Assembly: GCA_963579925.1 (NCBI GenBank) | Contig: CAUZJA010000001.1 | Location: 1-46,182, forward strand | Length of the DNA stretch: 46,182 bases | From: Dehalococcoidia bacterium | GTDB lineage: Bacteria > Chloroflexota > Dehalococcoidia > Lucifugimonadales > Lucifugimonadaceae | Reading direction: 5' to 3' | In this document: in pieces, positions 16,727 through 26,212 of the stretch | Numbering within the stretch: the first letter of the stretch is position 1 | Layout: each line of letters starts with the position of its first letter | The notes under the pieces: model-generated | Told to the model about the DNA's origin: nothing | Seen by the model: the letters and a program-made list of their open reading frames with translations, nothing else | Databases searched by the model: none | Position numbers and translations under genes: made by a program

Positions 16727-17911
16727 CTAACCCCGCACCTCTGCCAGCGCCGACTCAAACCCAGGCAGCGCCCCCTCCAGCACGCGGTCTTCCACGCAAA
16801 ACGACAACCTGAAGTAGCCGGGCGTACCGAATCCCACGCCAGGCACCGTCAGCACCAGCTTCGACTGCAACAGGCGAATGAACTCCTGATCGTCGGGCAG
16901 GGGAGAGTGGGGGAACATGTAGAACGCACCCTGCGGCTCTACGCACTCATATCCCATCTTCGTGAGCGCTGAGTAGATGAAGTCGCGCTTGCGCCGGTAC
17001 TCACTTACGTCCACCGTCACGTCCTGAAGCTTGGCGACGATGCGCTGCATGATTGCTGGCGCGTTGACGAATCCCAAAGTGCGATTCGCAAATGTGACGG
17101 CGTCAATAAACTCGACTCGCTCTTCGTAGCCCGGGTTAACTGCGATGGAGCCGATGCGCTCTCCAGCCAGTCCCAGATCTTTCGAGTGTGATGTCGCCAC
17201 CACAGAACGGACATGGTGTGGGAACACAAACGGGTACGGCTCATCGGTATACATGAGCTTGCGGTACGGCTCGTCGCTAATCAGAAATATCTCAGTCCCA
17301 AAACGCTTCTCCGCATCCTGAATCACACTCGCAAGCGAAGCCAGTGTCGATTCAGAGTAAATCGCGCCAGAGGGGTTATTCGGCGAATTGACCAGGACCG
17401 CCCGAGTGCGGTCGGTGATGGCGGCCTTGATCGAATCCATATCAGGCTGGAAGCCATCGTGCGATTTGGCTACAACTGGTACACCGCCCTGATTGTCCAC
17501 ATAGAAGGTGTACTCGGCGAAGAACGGCGCGATGAGTACAACCTCATCGCCGGGATCAAGAATCGCCCGGAATGTTACGTTGAGCGCTGCTCCAGCGCCG
17601 CATGTCATGATGACGTCGCTGCCCTCGAATAAGATTCCTGTATCAACTGACAAACCCAGTGCGACAGCGGCTCGTGTATCGGGAAACCCGCCATTCGGCA
17701 TATAGCGGTGGGTGCCCGGCGCCTCATCGTTGGCGATCCGAAGTAACTCATCGCGGAACTCAGGCGGTGGCTCAAGCAGAGGGTTGCCAAGCGAGAGATC
17801 GAACACGTTCTCCGCGCCGTGTTCAGCTGATAGCGAAGCGGCTTCTTCAAACATGCGGCGGATCCAGGAACTCTCCTGCATCTGAGCTCGCGCTTTTTCA
17901 GATATGCCCAA
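16727..17911 (-). CDS. Class I/II pyridoxal-phosphate-dependent aminotransferase
   Basis: 394 aa with NSPNNPSG and SHSKDLGLAGERIG (PLP lysine) motifs. Confidence 0.9.
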   Translation of the reverse strand: MGISEKARAQMQESSWIRRMFEEAASLSAEHGAENVFDLSLGNPLLEPPPEFRDELLRIANDEAPGTHRYMPNGGFPDTRAAVALGLSVDTGILFEGSDVIMTCGAGAALNVTFRAILDPGDEVVLIAPFFAEYTFYVDNQGGVPVVAKSHDGFQPDMDSIKAAITDRTRAVLVNSPNNPSGAIYSESTLASLASVIQDAEKRFGTEIFLISDEPYRKLMYTDEPYPFVFPHHVRSVVATSHSKDLGLAGERIGSIAVNPGYEERVEFIDAVTFANRTLGFVNAPAIMQRIVAKLQDVTVDVSEYRRKRDFIYSALTKMGYECVEPQGAFYMFPHSPLPDDQEFIRLLQSKLVLTVPGVGFGTPGYFRLSFCVEDRVLEGALPGFESALAEVRG

Positions 17912-17948
17912 CTAAATCTCCATCCGTGGATTTACTTCGCGGCCGGGA

Positions 17949-18992
17949 TTGAAATCCGCCGTATTATATGTGCCTTCAGGATTGGAACCACTTATTTATG
18001 ATATTGCCCCGTTGAGCGACCCAAATAGCGACGTCGGTGATCAGCGGGTACTCGTAACGGGTGCCACTGGTGCAATTGGCGGCGAAATCGCGCGAATGCT
18101 CATCGCCAGGGGTACTGCCGTACGCGCACTTTCAAGAGCGAAGAGCGACCGATCGTTCCTTGGCGACAGCGTCGAGTGGGCCGAAGGCGATGTGCGCGAT
18201 GCAGCGCAAGTCCGAGAGGCTGTCGAGGGCTGCGACGCTATCTACCACTGCGCTGGCTTTGTTGGGCCGTTGCACTATCGACTGAGTGATTTTGAAGACA
18301 TCAACGTCACCGGCACCCGCAACGTTATCGACGCGGCGATTGAATCTGGCGTCAGGCGCGTCATCCACACCAGCAGCATCGCCGCCATCGGAGGCAAGGG
18401 CGGTCAGATTGCCGATGAGACGACGTACGACGGCGATCTCATGGAGGGCTATCCGCAGTCGAAACGTAAATCTGAAGAACTCGCCCTGGCAGCCACTTCA
18501 CGCGGCATAGAAGTCGTTTCTGTGAACCCTGCGGTCGTTTACGGCCCCCGGGAGCGCTACTTTTCCCGCCTGATTCGCATGCATGTGAAGGGCCGCCTCA
18601 AGGTCACCGCGTACTCGGAGCGGATGATCCCGCTGGCGTATCTGAGCGATGTAGCGGCAACTCATATCCTGGCGATGGACTCGGGAGTTAGCGGCGAGCG
18701 ATATATCGTCTGTGGGCAATCGGTGAGCCTGAAGGAGTTTCTATCAGTGCTCAGCGAGATATCTGGCGTTTCAGAACCCCGTTGGAATGTGCCGAAGTGG
18801 ATAGTCAAAGCTGCGGTTGGGATCGGTAGGGCAACATCGCCGATCACCCGCAAACGGCCACCGCTGCGGATCAGTGATCTATCGACGCTTGGCCCAACTT
18901 ACGATGGATCAAAGGCCGCTGCACAACTTGGGCTCAAGTACACATCGCTGGAGGACGGGCTCAGCGAGACGGTCGATTCGCTGAGGCGCTGA
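17949..18992 (+). CDS. NAD-dependent epimerase/dehydratase (extended SDR)
   Basis: VLVTGATGAIGGEI Rossmann motif and YPQSK (YxxxK). The TTG start at 17949 is uncertain. Confidence 0.85.
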   Translation: MKSAVLYVPSGLEPLIYDIAPLSDPNSDVGDQRVLVTGATGAIGGEIARMLIARGTAVRALSRAKSDRSFLGDSVEWAEGDVRDAAQVREAVEGCDAIYHCAGFVGPLHYRLSDFEDINVTGTRNVIDAAIESGVRRVIHTSSIAAIGGKGGQIADETTYDGDLMEGYPQSKRKSEELALAATSRGIEVVSVNPAVVYGPRERYFSRLIRMHVKGRLKVTAYSERMIPLAYLSDVAATHILAMDSGVSGERYIVCGQSVSLKEFLSVLSEISGVSEPRWNVPKWIVKAAVGIGRATSPITRKRPPLRISDLSTLGPTYDGSKAAAQLGLKYTSLEDGLSETVDSLRR

Positions 18993-18998
18993 GCACGG

Positions 18999-19574
18999 CT
19001 ATTTCCGTTTGCGCCTGAACAACTCAGGCCTGCCGAGGAATTTGAACGGCCCCGGCGCGGAGGCATCTTTCTTCCTGATCACATAAGTACCGGCAATCTT
19101 GTCGTGCCAACCCTGGCGATCTTTCGCGAACATGATCCAGATGATTCCGATCAGGAATGCGGCGATTGAGATCACTCGTCCCACCATCTCCCTTGGGATG
19201 GCCTGCGATACACCGGGGACTCGCCCGTCCTGATCAATCACGATGATCCCAGCCACCCATTTGCCGGGTGTTTGTCCCCAGAAGCCCGTCGGCAAGACCC
19301 AGTAGGCGAAAAATACGATGACGTTTTGTATAACCGTATCGTCATAGAACAAAACCCCTTCGGTGAAAGGGCGCACCACGACGACGAGGACGATAAGTAT
19401 GAACCAGTCGACTATTGCTGCGTAAAGTCGAATCACGGGATGAACTGGCACCCGTGGATATATCTTTTCCGGGCGTTGTCCGGGTTCGATAATAGTGGTT
19501 GGGGCGGTGTTTTGCGGTGGGGAGGACTGCTCGTCCTTGCCGCCATCTTTTCCTGATCGGTTATTTCGTGGCAT
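18999..19574 (-). CDS. RDD family membrane protein
   Basis: 191 aa. WGQTPGKWVAGIIVID...QGWHDKIAGTYVIRK matches the RDD-domain pattern. Basic/Pro-rich N-terminus. Confidence 0.85.
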   Translation of the reverse strand: MPRNNRSGKDGGKDEQSSPPQNTAPTTIIEPGQRPEKIYPRVPVHPVIRLYAAIVDWFILIVLVVVVRPFTEGVLFYDDTVIQNVIVFFAYWVLPTGFWGQTPGKWVAGIIVIDQDGRVPGVSQAIPREMVGRVISIAAFLIGIIWIMFAKDRQGWHDKIAGTYVIRKKDASAPGPFKFLGRPELFRRKRK

Positions 19575-19720
19575 GTGTGTAGAAAATGATACTCACTTTT
19601 TTAAGTTCGGGCACTCGTTGACCAGCGGTGATCTTGGCTCGTAGGATTCCCTGCGCGGTCAAAACCCGATATACCCCCGGTATGCCCCAGATATACAAGT
19701 GAAAGGCTCGTCGAGCAGAT

Positions 19721-20488
19721 ATGAAACTTCAGGACAAAGTGGCCCTCATCACTGGCGGTGGATCTGGCATCGGCCGGGCTTCAGCGCTCCTGTTCGCACA
19801 AGAGGGAGCCGTTATTGCTATCTCGGATATCAATGAAGAAAGCGCCACGGAGACCGCTGAAATGGTCACTTCTGCCGGCGGATCGGCGCACGTAATTCAG
19901 GGCAACGTCGCAACCACGGAAGGCTCAAGAGCCATCGTAGGAGCCTGCATGACGCACTTCGGCAGGGTGGACATCCTGATCAACTCAGCAGGCGTCACAA
20001 CCCGGCATGCCCCGGAAGATGCAACGTTTGATGAGGCGTGGGATTTCGTGATGAACATCAATCTCAGGGGCACTGTGATGATGTCCTGGTTTGCCACAGA
20101 GGAGATGAAGAAGACCGGCGGTGGAACAGTCGTGAACCTTTCTTCGATCTACGGCCTTGTCGGTCGCCCGGCAGCTATCACCAACGGATTCGATCCCTAC
20201 ACGCACTCAAAGGGTGCCATCATCCAGCTAACCCGGGAAGCGGGTGCTAAGTTCGCTCCGGATGGGATTCGCACCAACTGCCTCTGTCCGGGATTCGTCC
20301 ACACGAACCTGACTCAAGGCGTTCGTGATAATCCAGAAATGCAGGCACTGTTGGAGTCACTCACGCCAATGGGCAGGTTTGGCGAGGCTGACGAGATCGC
20401 AAAAGCGGCGCTGTTCCTGGCTTCCGACGACTCCTCATACGTGACAGGTGCGGCACTATCCATTGATGGCGGCTACGTGGCCCAATAG
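19721..20488 (+). CDS. Classical SDR family oxidoreductase
   Basis: ITGGGSGIGRA (TGxxxGxG), NSAG, and YTHSK (YxxxK). 255 aa. Confidence 0.95.
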   Translation: MKLQDKVALITGGGSGIGRASALLFAQEGAVIAISDINEESATETAEMVTSAGGSAHVIQGNVATTEGSRAIVGACMTHFGRVDILINSAGVTTRHAPEDATFDEAWDFVMNINLRGTVMMSWFATEEMKKTGGGTVVNLSSIYGLVGRPAAITNGFDPYTHSKGAIIQLTREAGAKFAPDGIRTNCLCPGFVHTNLTQGVRDNPEMQALLESLTPMGRFGEADEIAKAALFLASDDSSYVTGAALSIDGGYVAQ

Positions 20489-20520
20489 GGCACACCAGCA
20501 CCGAATTAGGGAAGACTCCA

Positions 20521-21312
20521 ATGCCAATTGCTGATCTGGCGAGCGCCAGCATCTACTACGAACGCAGCGGCTCCGGGCCGACGCTGATCTTCGTCCACGG
20601 TGCCGGCGGAAATCACCGCTCATGGTGGCAGCAGATCCCGCACTTTGACTCGAACTTCGACTGCGTGGCGTTCGATCATCCCGGTTTCGGACAGTCGCGC
20701 TGGTCCGATGATGCAAACAGTGACGCCATCTACGGCGATGTTCTAATCGAACTGCTCGATCACCTGGAGATCGAGCGCGCGACGATCATTGCGCAGTCGA
20801 TGGGTGGCTGGACTGCGATGGGCGTCCACGCCCGGCAGCCCGAGCGGCTTGTGTCACTGGTGCTTGCGTCTACCCCGTGCGGCGTAACCGCCCCAGGGAT
20901 TCTGGAACCCCGAGCCAGCAATGCATCGATGCTGCAGGAGCAGCGAGATCGTTTTTCCACCGACCCAGACCATGCGTTCAATCCTGCGCTTGGAGAGCGT
21001 GCGCACCGGGAGAATCCTAAACTGCACGCGGCCTACGGTGAAATTGCCAACGATAACCCGGCAGGCGCAGCCGCTGATCGGTCGCGCTGGGGCGAGTTCG
21101 ACCCCGCCATACCAGCGTCAATCGCCATCCCAACGCTACTGGTAAACGGCGATGAGGACAACATCGCTCCCTACGCGGCCATAAAGACTCTTGCCGATCT
21201 CATTCCGAATAGTCGACTCGAAATATTCAAGCAGTCGGGCCACTCGGGCTACTTCGAGCGCGCAGATGACTTCAACGAGCTTGTCAGTTCGTTTCTTGCT
21301 GAGCAAGGGTAG
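20521..21312 (+). CDS. Alpha/beta-fold hydrolase
   Basis: HGAGGN oxyanion region, nucleophile elbow AQSMGG, and C-terminal SGHSGYFE (His). 263 aa. Confidence 0.9.
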   Translation: MPIADLASASIYYERSGSGPTLIFVHGAGGNHRSWWQQIPHFDSNFDCVAFDHPGFGQSRWSDDANSDAIYGDVLIELLDHLEIERATIIAQSMGGWTAMGVHARQPERLVSLVLASTPCGVTAPGILEPRASNASMLQEQRDRFSTDPDHAFNPALGERAHRENPKLHAAYGEIANDNPAGAAADRSRWGEFDPAIPASIAIPTLLVNGDEDNIAPYAAIKTLADLIPNSRLEIFKQSGHSGYFERADDFNELVSSFLAEQG

Positions 21313-21314
21313 CG

Positions 21315-22412
21315 CTAGAGGAATCTCGAGGCGGCGAACTCAGGCGGAACTGAATCCCTATTTTCCATCACGCCGCCGCCAATCCACTCGGCAATGATGT
21401 GGGAGTAGAGGATGCCTTTACTGCCTGCACCGTTGGCAACGTACAGCCCATCATCAACCTCGCCCACTACGGGCAGGCCATCGGCTGACGTCGGCCGTAG
21501 ACACGCCGTGTGCTGCTCAATGACGGCTGACTCAAGGGCAGGAGCAAGCTCTAGTGCACCCGCAAGAATGGACTCACGCGCCGATGCTGATGCCGTCTCG
21601 TCGAAGCCAGCTTCTTCGTCCGTTGTGCCTATCCACACGCGGCCGTCTGGCTTGCGAGCGATATATGGCCGGCCGTTGACCACCCGATGACTGAAATCAT
21701 CGCAGGGGAACGCCAGACGAATAATTTCGCCCTTCACCGGGCGAATTGGCAAATTCGGAATACCCGCAATTTCGTTGTTTCCCGCCCACGGCCCCGAGCA
21801 GATGATCCTCACCGGCGCGCTGATCACTGAACCAGACTCCAGCATCACTTCGCCGGGCGTTGCGAGCGACACAACATTGCCACTGCGCATCACGCCGCCA
21901 TGACGCTCAAACGCCGTTGCCAGCGCCAGAGTGATCTTGTAGCTATCGACTTCATAGTGACTGAGATGACGCACTCCACCAATGATATTTGGCGTTAGGT
22001 TAGGCTCCAATTCAAGTATGGATTCACCTGAAAGTCTCTCAACAGGTAAGCCTTCTGACTCCCACCAATCGGCGTTCTGATGGATATCTTTCAAACCAGC
22101 TGCCTTGGTGGAGACATCGATTGATCGTGATGGTCGAAACTCGGTATCGATATCTGATTCAGACTCGATTTCCGGATCCAACTGCTTGTGAAGTTCAATC
22201 GCTTTCTTGGCCACCGCCAGAGCTGGCCCCGGGATCCCGGGGCCAAAGGTCGCGTATAGCCCTCCGTAAGCATTTCCAGAGGCATGGCTGGCAATGCCGT
22301 CGCGCTCAATCAACTCAACTGACAGACCGGATTTCGCAAGGCGATAGGCGATGGCGCAACCGATAACTCCCCCACCGACTACAGCAACGTCACAAGTCGA
22401 TGCTGCGCTCAT
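21315..22412 (-). CDS. FAD-dependent oxidoreductase (DAO / glycine-D-amino-acid oxidase family)
   Basis: DVAVVGGGVIGCAIAYRLAKSG dinucleotide motif. 365 aa. 4-nt overlap with the upstream amidohydrolase gene. Confidence 0.9.
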   Translation of the reverse strand: MSAASTCDVAVVGGGVIGCAIAYRLAKSGLSVELIERDGIASHASGNAYGGLYATFGPGIPGPALAVAKKAIELHKQLDPEIESESDIDTEFRPSRSIDVSTKAAGLKDIHQNADWWESEGLPVERLSGESILELEPNLTPNIIGGVRHLSHYEVDSYKITLALATAFERHGGVMRSGNVVSLATPGEVMLESGSVISAPVRIICSGPWAGNNEIAGIPNLPIRPVKGEIIRLAFPCDDFSHRVVNGRPYIARKPDGRVWIGTTDEEAGFDETASASARESILAGALELAPALESAVIEQHTACLRPTSADGLPVVGEVDDGLYVANGAGSKGILYSHIIAEWIGGGVMENRDSVPPEFAASRFL

Positions 22413-23671
22413 TTGACCTGCCGCTGTACCACTTCGCCCGCCTGGAACACGTCTCGCACGTTCCAGAGCGCTGGCATGCCCTGCAGCGGGTCGCCGCCAG
22501 CTACCAGGATGTCAGCCTGCCGACCGACCTCCAGTGAGCCTGAGTCACCGTCCGCACCAATTGATGCCGCACTCCAGGCGGTGCCGGACAGCAGCGCATC
22601 TCCGTTCGAAAGACCCGCCTCGGTGAGCATCTCCATCTCGTATACAAACTCACCCGGCGCGTAGTGGCCCCATGGGGAGTCAGAACCAGCAACCATCTTC
22701 ACGCCCTGACCGATCATCTCGCCAACGGCTTTGACTCTGGCGTCGAGTCCTCGGTACTGATCGTCCAGCGCCAACTGCTCGTCTTTGCTGAACGCTCCCT
22801 CTGACTTCCGGTCTTCTGTGGCCCTGATAGCGGCCCGGCGAACGTGCAGCGTGGGGTTGACCCAGGCATTCGCCTCGATGAGACGCTCGATCAGGTCCGG
22901 GCGCTCGACTGTCGTGCCGTCGGGCTCGTTGAACTCGCAGTGGATGATCATGTCTACTTCTGCATCCAGGCAGTTCTGCACGCCTTGAGCAGATGTGCAG
23001 TGCGCCGCAGTGAGCACACCGTGGTTGTGCGCCTCTTCCGTGATGGCCAGCAGCTCTGTGACCGTAAATGACGCGATGTTCGGGTCTGAAGTTCGCGTCG
23101 AGCCGCCGGTGGCCGTGATCTTGATGTAGTCGGCGCCTTCTTTGAGAAGCTGGCGAACCTCGGTCCGTGCTTCCCATGGGCCGTTCACTTCCGAACCCCA
23201 GTAGCCCATGTGCCCGCCTGTAATCGCCAGCGGGCGCCCGCAGATGACCATCTTGGGGCCAACGGCCAGTCCGCGCCGTATCCCTTCCTTCAGATTGATC
23301 GTGGTGCTTCCGGCCGAGCCGTTCTCCCGAATTGTGGTCACACCGGAATGGAGGATGGTGCGGGCGTTCTTGGCCGCCTGCAGGAGCAGGATCTGATGAT
23401 CTTCCTTCGATATCTCATCACCGGGTGTTCCATCGCCGGGCGCACAGAGATGGGTGTGACAATCGACCAGTCCCGGAAGAATCGTCGCGTCACCGTAGTC
23501 AATTTCCCTGACCGATGCGCCATCTGGAGCGCTGACATCGGCCTGACGACCCATGGCGGCGATCTCATCACCAGAGATGAGCAGGGCAGCGCCATCGATA
23601 GTCGGCCCGTTCGACGCGTCGATGAGACGGTCGGCCTTGAGAAGGGTGTAATCGTGAGTCGGCTCGGCCAT
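22409..23671 (-). CDS. Amidohydrolase-family metal-dependent hydrolase (paralogue of 8116-9375)
   Basis: LVDCHTHL motif. ATG at 23671 has AGGGGA 5 nt upstream and is preferred over the ORF-track start at 23734. Confidence 0.9.
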   Translation of the reverse strand: MAEPTHDYTLLKADRLIDASNGPTIDGAALLISGDEIAAMGRQADVSAPDGASVREIDYGDATILPGLVDCHTHLCAPGDGTPGDEISKEDHQILLLQAAKNARTILHSGVTTIRENGSAGSTTINLKEGIRRGLAVGPKMVICGRPLAITGGHMGYWGSEVNGPWEARTEVRQLLKEGADYIKITATGGSTRTSDPNIASFTVTELLAITEEAHNHGVLTAAHCTSAQGVQNCLDAEVDMIIHCEFNEPDGTTVERPDLIERLIEANAWVNPTLHVRRAAIRATEDRKSEGAFSKDEQLALDDQYRGLDARVKAVGEMIGQGVKMVAGSDSPWGHYAPGEFVYEMEMLTEAGLSNGDALLSGTAWSAASIGADGDSGSLEVGRQADILVAGGDPLQGMPALWNVRDVFQAGEVVQRQVK

Positions 23672-23887
23672 ATCTGTCCCCTGATTAATCCCGCTTAGGC
23701 CGCCGAAGTTAACGCCGCGATGGAGCTGTGTCAATCATTACCCGTACAAATCGCGATTCTCACGGCACCTGCGGTAGCGGCGGGTCTAAGACCCGCTCCG
23801 GCGCGCGCACAGAGGCATCGCTCGATAAACGCTGTCTTCACGTCGAAGAGCGTGTCACGGACCCGCCGCTACCGAGAGAAAAGCGAC

Positions 23888-25438
23888 TTAGACAGGCAGG
23901 CGCACCGTAAAACGCGTGCCAGTGCCATCCGCGTGTGCTGGAGACTCGGCGGTTACCGTTCCGCCGTGCGCTTCAACCAACTGCTTCACGATGGTCAATC
24001 CCAGCCCTGCACCGCCTGTGGTCCGATTGCGTGACACGTCAACCCGGTACAGACGATCGAACACGTGGCGAACATCCTCGGCCGGGATGCCACGTCCGGT
24101 ATCGGTGACCGCCATGACGACATCACCGTTGTCTGTAGCGACTGATACGTCGATGCTCCCATGATCTGGCGTGTAGTTGATGGCATTCTCAACCAGATTG
24201 GCCAGAACTTGCCGCATGCGCGTCGTGTCCAGTTGGAGCGATGGCAGATTCGGCTCCTGGTACAGAGACAGGCCAATTCCATGCTCGGAAGCCCGCGGCT
24301 TGAACGAGTCGACCGTGAGGTCGGCCAGATCGCCGAGGTCGGTATCCAGCTTCTCCATGCTTATGGAGCCAGCCTCAACCATTGCGATGAGCCGCAAGTC
24401 TTCCACCAGCTGGTTCAAATGCAGCACCTGGCTGTGGAGGGAGTTGATCGTGTCGGTGTCCGGCTCCACTAGCCCGTCGTTTATCGCCTCAAGATAGCCC
24501 TGAAGGTTGGATAGGGGAGTGCGGAGTTCGTGCGCTACGTCTGCGGTCATCGTGCGCCGAATTGATTCGGCGTCTTCGAGTTGCGTTGCCATGTCGTTGA
24601 ACGTGTGGCTCAACAGGCCAACTTCATCACGACTGCTGACTGGAACTCGCTGTGACAGTTCGCCACGACCCAGCGCACCGGCGGCGCGAGTGAGGGAGTG
24701 CACCGGTGCGAGGGCCTGGCGGGTGGTTAGTGAGATTACGAATACACCCGCAGCGGCTGCGGCCAGACCGGCCCACATGAGTGACTTGTTGAATGACGCG
24801 GCGAGCCGGGAGAGTTGTGGTTCAAACAGCTCTTCGGGGCTCTCAAGTTCTTCGATCAAGGCAGGGGGAGGGGAGCCGTCGCCCCTGGACGGGCGACCCA
24901 GACGACTTTCGGATGTCTGGGTACTAGCTTGCACGAAGCTGAAATCATCGCCATCAATCGCGCCATTGGCCACCACATAGGGGTTGGCGTTGAAAAGGTT
25001 GCGCGGGATGGGGAATGATGACTCAAACAGGATCTGCCCCCGAACACTACCGCCGATAATGATGGGCCTGCGCGTTACGGTGGGGCCGCTGAAGAAGGTC
25101 TCTATCCGTAACTCACCAGTTCCGTAGTTGTGAGACCCGGCAATCATTCGACCATGCTGATCGATCACTGCGATTTTCCAGCCGAATAGTTCAGCGGCGT
25201 TCTTGAGCGCCGGCTCTAAGAGAGTCATCTGCGGCTCTTCGTCGATCTCTTCGTACGCCTCTGCGACCACGTTCTCAAGACGAGAGACGCGAGCGGCCGC
25301 TGTGTCCTCTTCAAATCGGTTCAACTCTTGCTGTGTTGCGTACGACGCGTAAGCGCCAACTCCCGCGAGGGATAGCGCCAGCACGGAGATGAAGCCGATT
25401 ACAAGGCGGAACTGAAGGCTGTGCAGGAACTTAGACAT
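23888..25438 (-). CDS. Sensor histidine kinase (2 TM, ~200-aa extracytoplasmic domain, HAMP, HisKA, HATPase_c)
   Basis: H-box ADVAHELRTPLSNL, G1 DTGRGI and G2 GGAGLGL. The ATG at 25438 overlaps the response-regulator stop (GATGTCTAA). Confidence 0.9.
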   Translation of the reverse strand: MSKFLHSLQFRLVIGFISVLALSLAGVGAYASYATQQELNRFEEDTAAARVSRLENVVAEAYEEIDEEPQMTLLEPALKNAAELFGWKIAVIDQHGRMIAGSHNYGTGELRIETFFSGPTVTRRPIIIGGSVRGQILFESSFPIPRNLFNANPYVVANGAIDGDDFSFVQASTQTSESRLGRPSRGDGSPPPALIEELESPEELFEPQLSRLAASFNKSLMWAGLAAAAAGVFVISLTTRQALAPVHSLTRAAGALGRGELSQRVPVSSRDEVGLLSHTFNDMATQLEDAESIRRTMTADVAHELRTPLSNLQGYLEAINDGLVEPDTDTINSLHSQVLHLNQLVEDLRLIAMVEAGSISMEKLDTDLGDLADLTVDSFKPRASEHGIGLSLYQEPNLPSLQLDTTRMRQVLANLVENAINYTPDHGSIDVSVATDNGDVVMAVTDTGRGIPAEDVRHVFDRLYRVDVSRNRTTGGAGLGLTIVKQLVEAHGGTVTAESPAHADGTGTRFTVRLPV

Positions 25439-26189
25439 CACCGAAGCGGTAGCCGACTCCATAAATTGTGGAAATAAATCGTTGTCCGTCTGCCTCGCGC
25501 TCTATTTTGCGCCGCAGGTTGGATACGTGTGTGTCCAGCGTTCGGTCGAACCCTTCGAAGTCGTATCCAAACACACGCTCGATGATCCGCTCGCGAGGAT
25601 GAACCTGACCGGGTGCGCGCATGAAGTGGACCAGCAAGTTGAACTCCGTTGGCGTCAACTTGACGGAGGTATCGCCAACCTTCACCACCCTGGCATCGAC
25701 CTTGACGGTCAACTCACCGTAAGTGAGTACGTCCTGCTCTTCTTCAGCGGCACCAGAGGCCACAGAAGAGTCATCGGTGCGCCTCAATACGGCTCGAACA
25801 CGTGCTGCGAGCTCGCGGGGACTGAACGGCTTCGTCATATAGTCGTCAGCGCCGTAATCCAGGCCCGAAAGCTTGTCTGCTTCATCGACCCTGGCTGTGA
25901 GCATGATCACGGGAACTTTGTTATCCTCCGCACGCAGTCGGCGGCAGATCTCCAGGCCATCCATGCCGGGCAGCATGATGTCCAGGACCATCAGGTCAGG
26001 ATCGGTATCCTGCGCCAGCTTCAGCCCCTCAGTTCCGTTGTGGGTCACCGTCACATCGTGGCCATCACGGGCCAGGTAGAGGCGTGATATCTCTGCGGCA
26101 TGCTCATCATCTTCAACGATGAGGATGGACTTTCCGGAGACTACAGTCGTTCCAGATGGGCCAGTTGTAGCCCCAGATGTAGAAGTCAT
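25431..26189 (-). CDS. OmpR-family response regulator
   Basis: ILIVEDDE...MLDIMLPGMDG...MTKPF receiver domain. Winged-helix C-terminus ending YGVGYRFGDV. Confidence 0.95.
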   Translation of the reverse strand: MTSTSGATTGPSGTTVVSGKSILIVEDDEHAAEISRLYLARDGHDVTVTHNGTEGLKLAQDTDPDLMVLDIMLPGMDGLEICRRLRAEDNKVPVIMLTARVDEADKLSGLDYGADDYMTKPFSPRELAARVRAVLRRTDDSSVASGAAEEEQDVLTYGELTVKVDARVVKVGDTSVKLTPTEFNLLVHFMRAPGQVHPRERIIERVFGYDFEGFDRTLDTHVSNLRRKIEREADGQRFISTIYGVGYRFGDV

Positions 26190-26212
26190 CAGATTAGCTC
26201 CGTACCGTGCTC

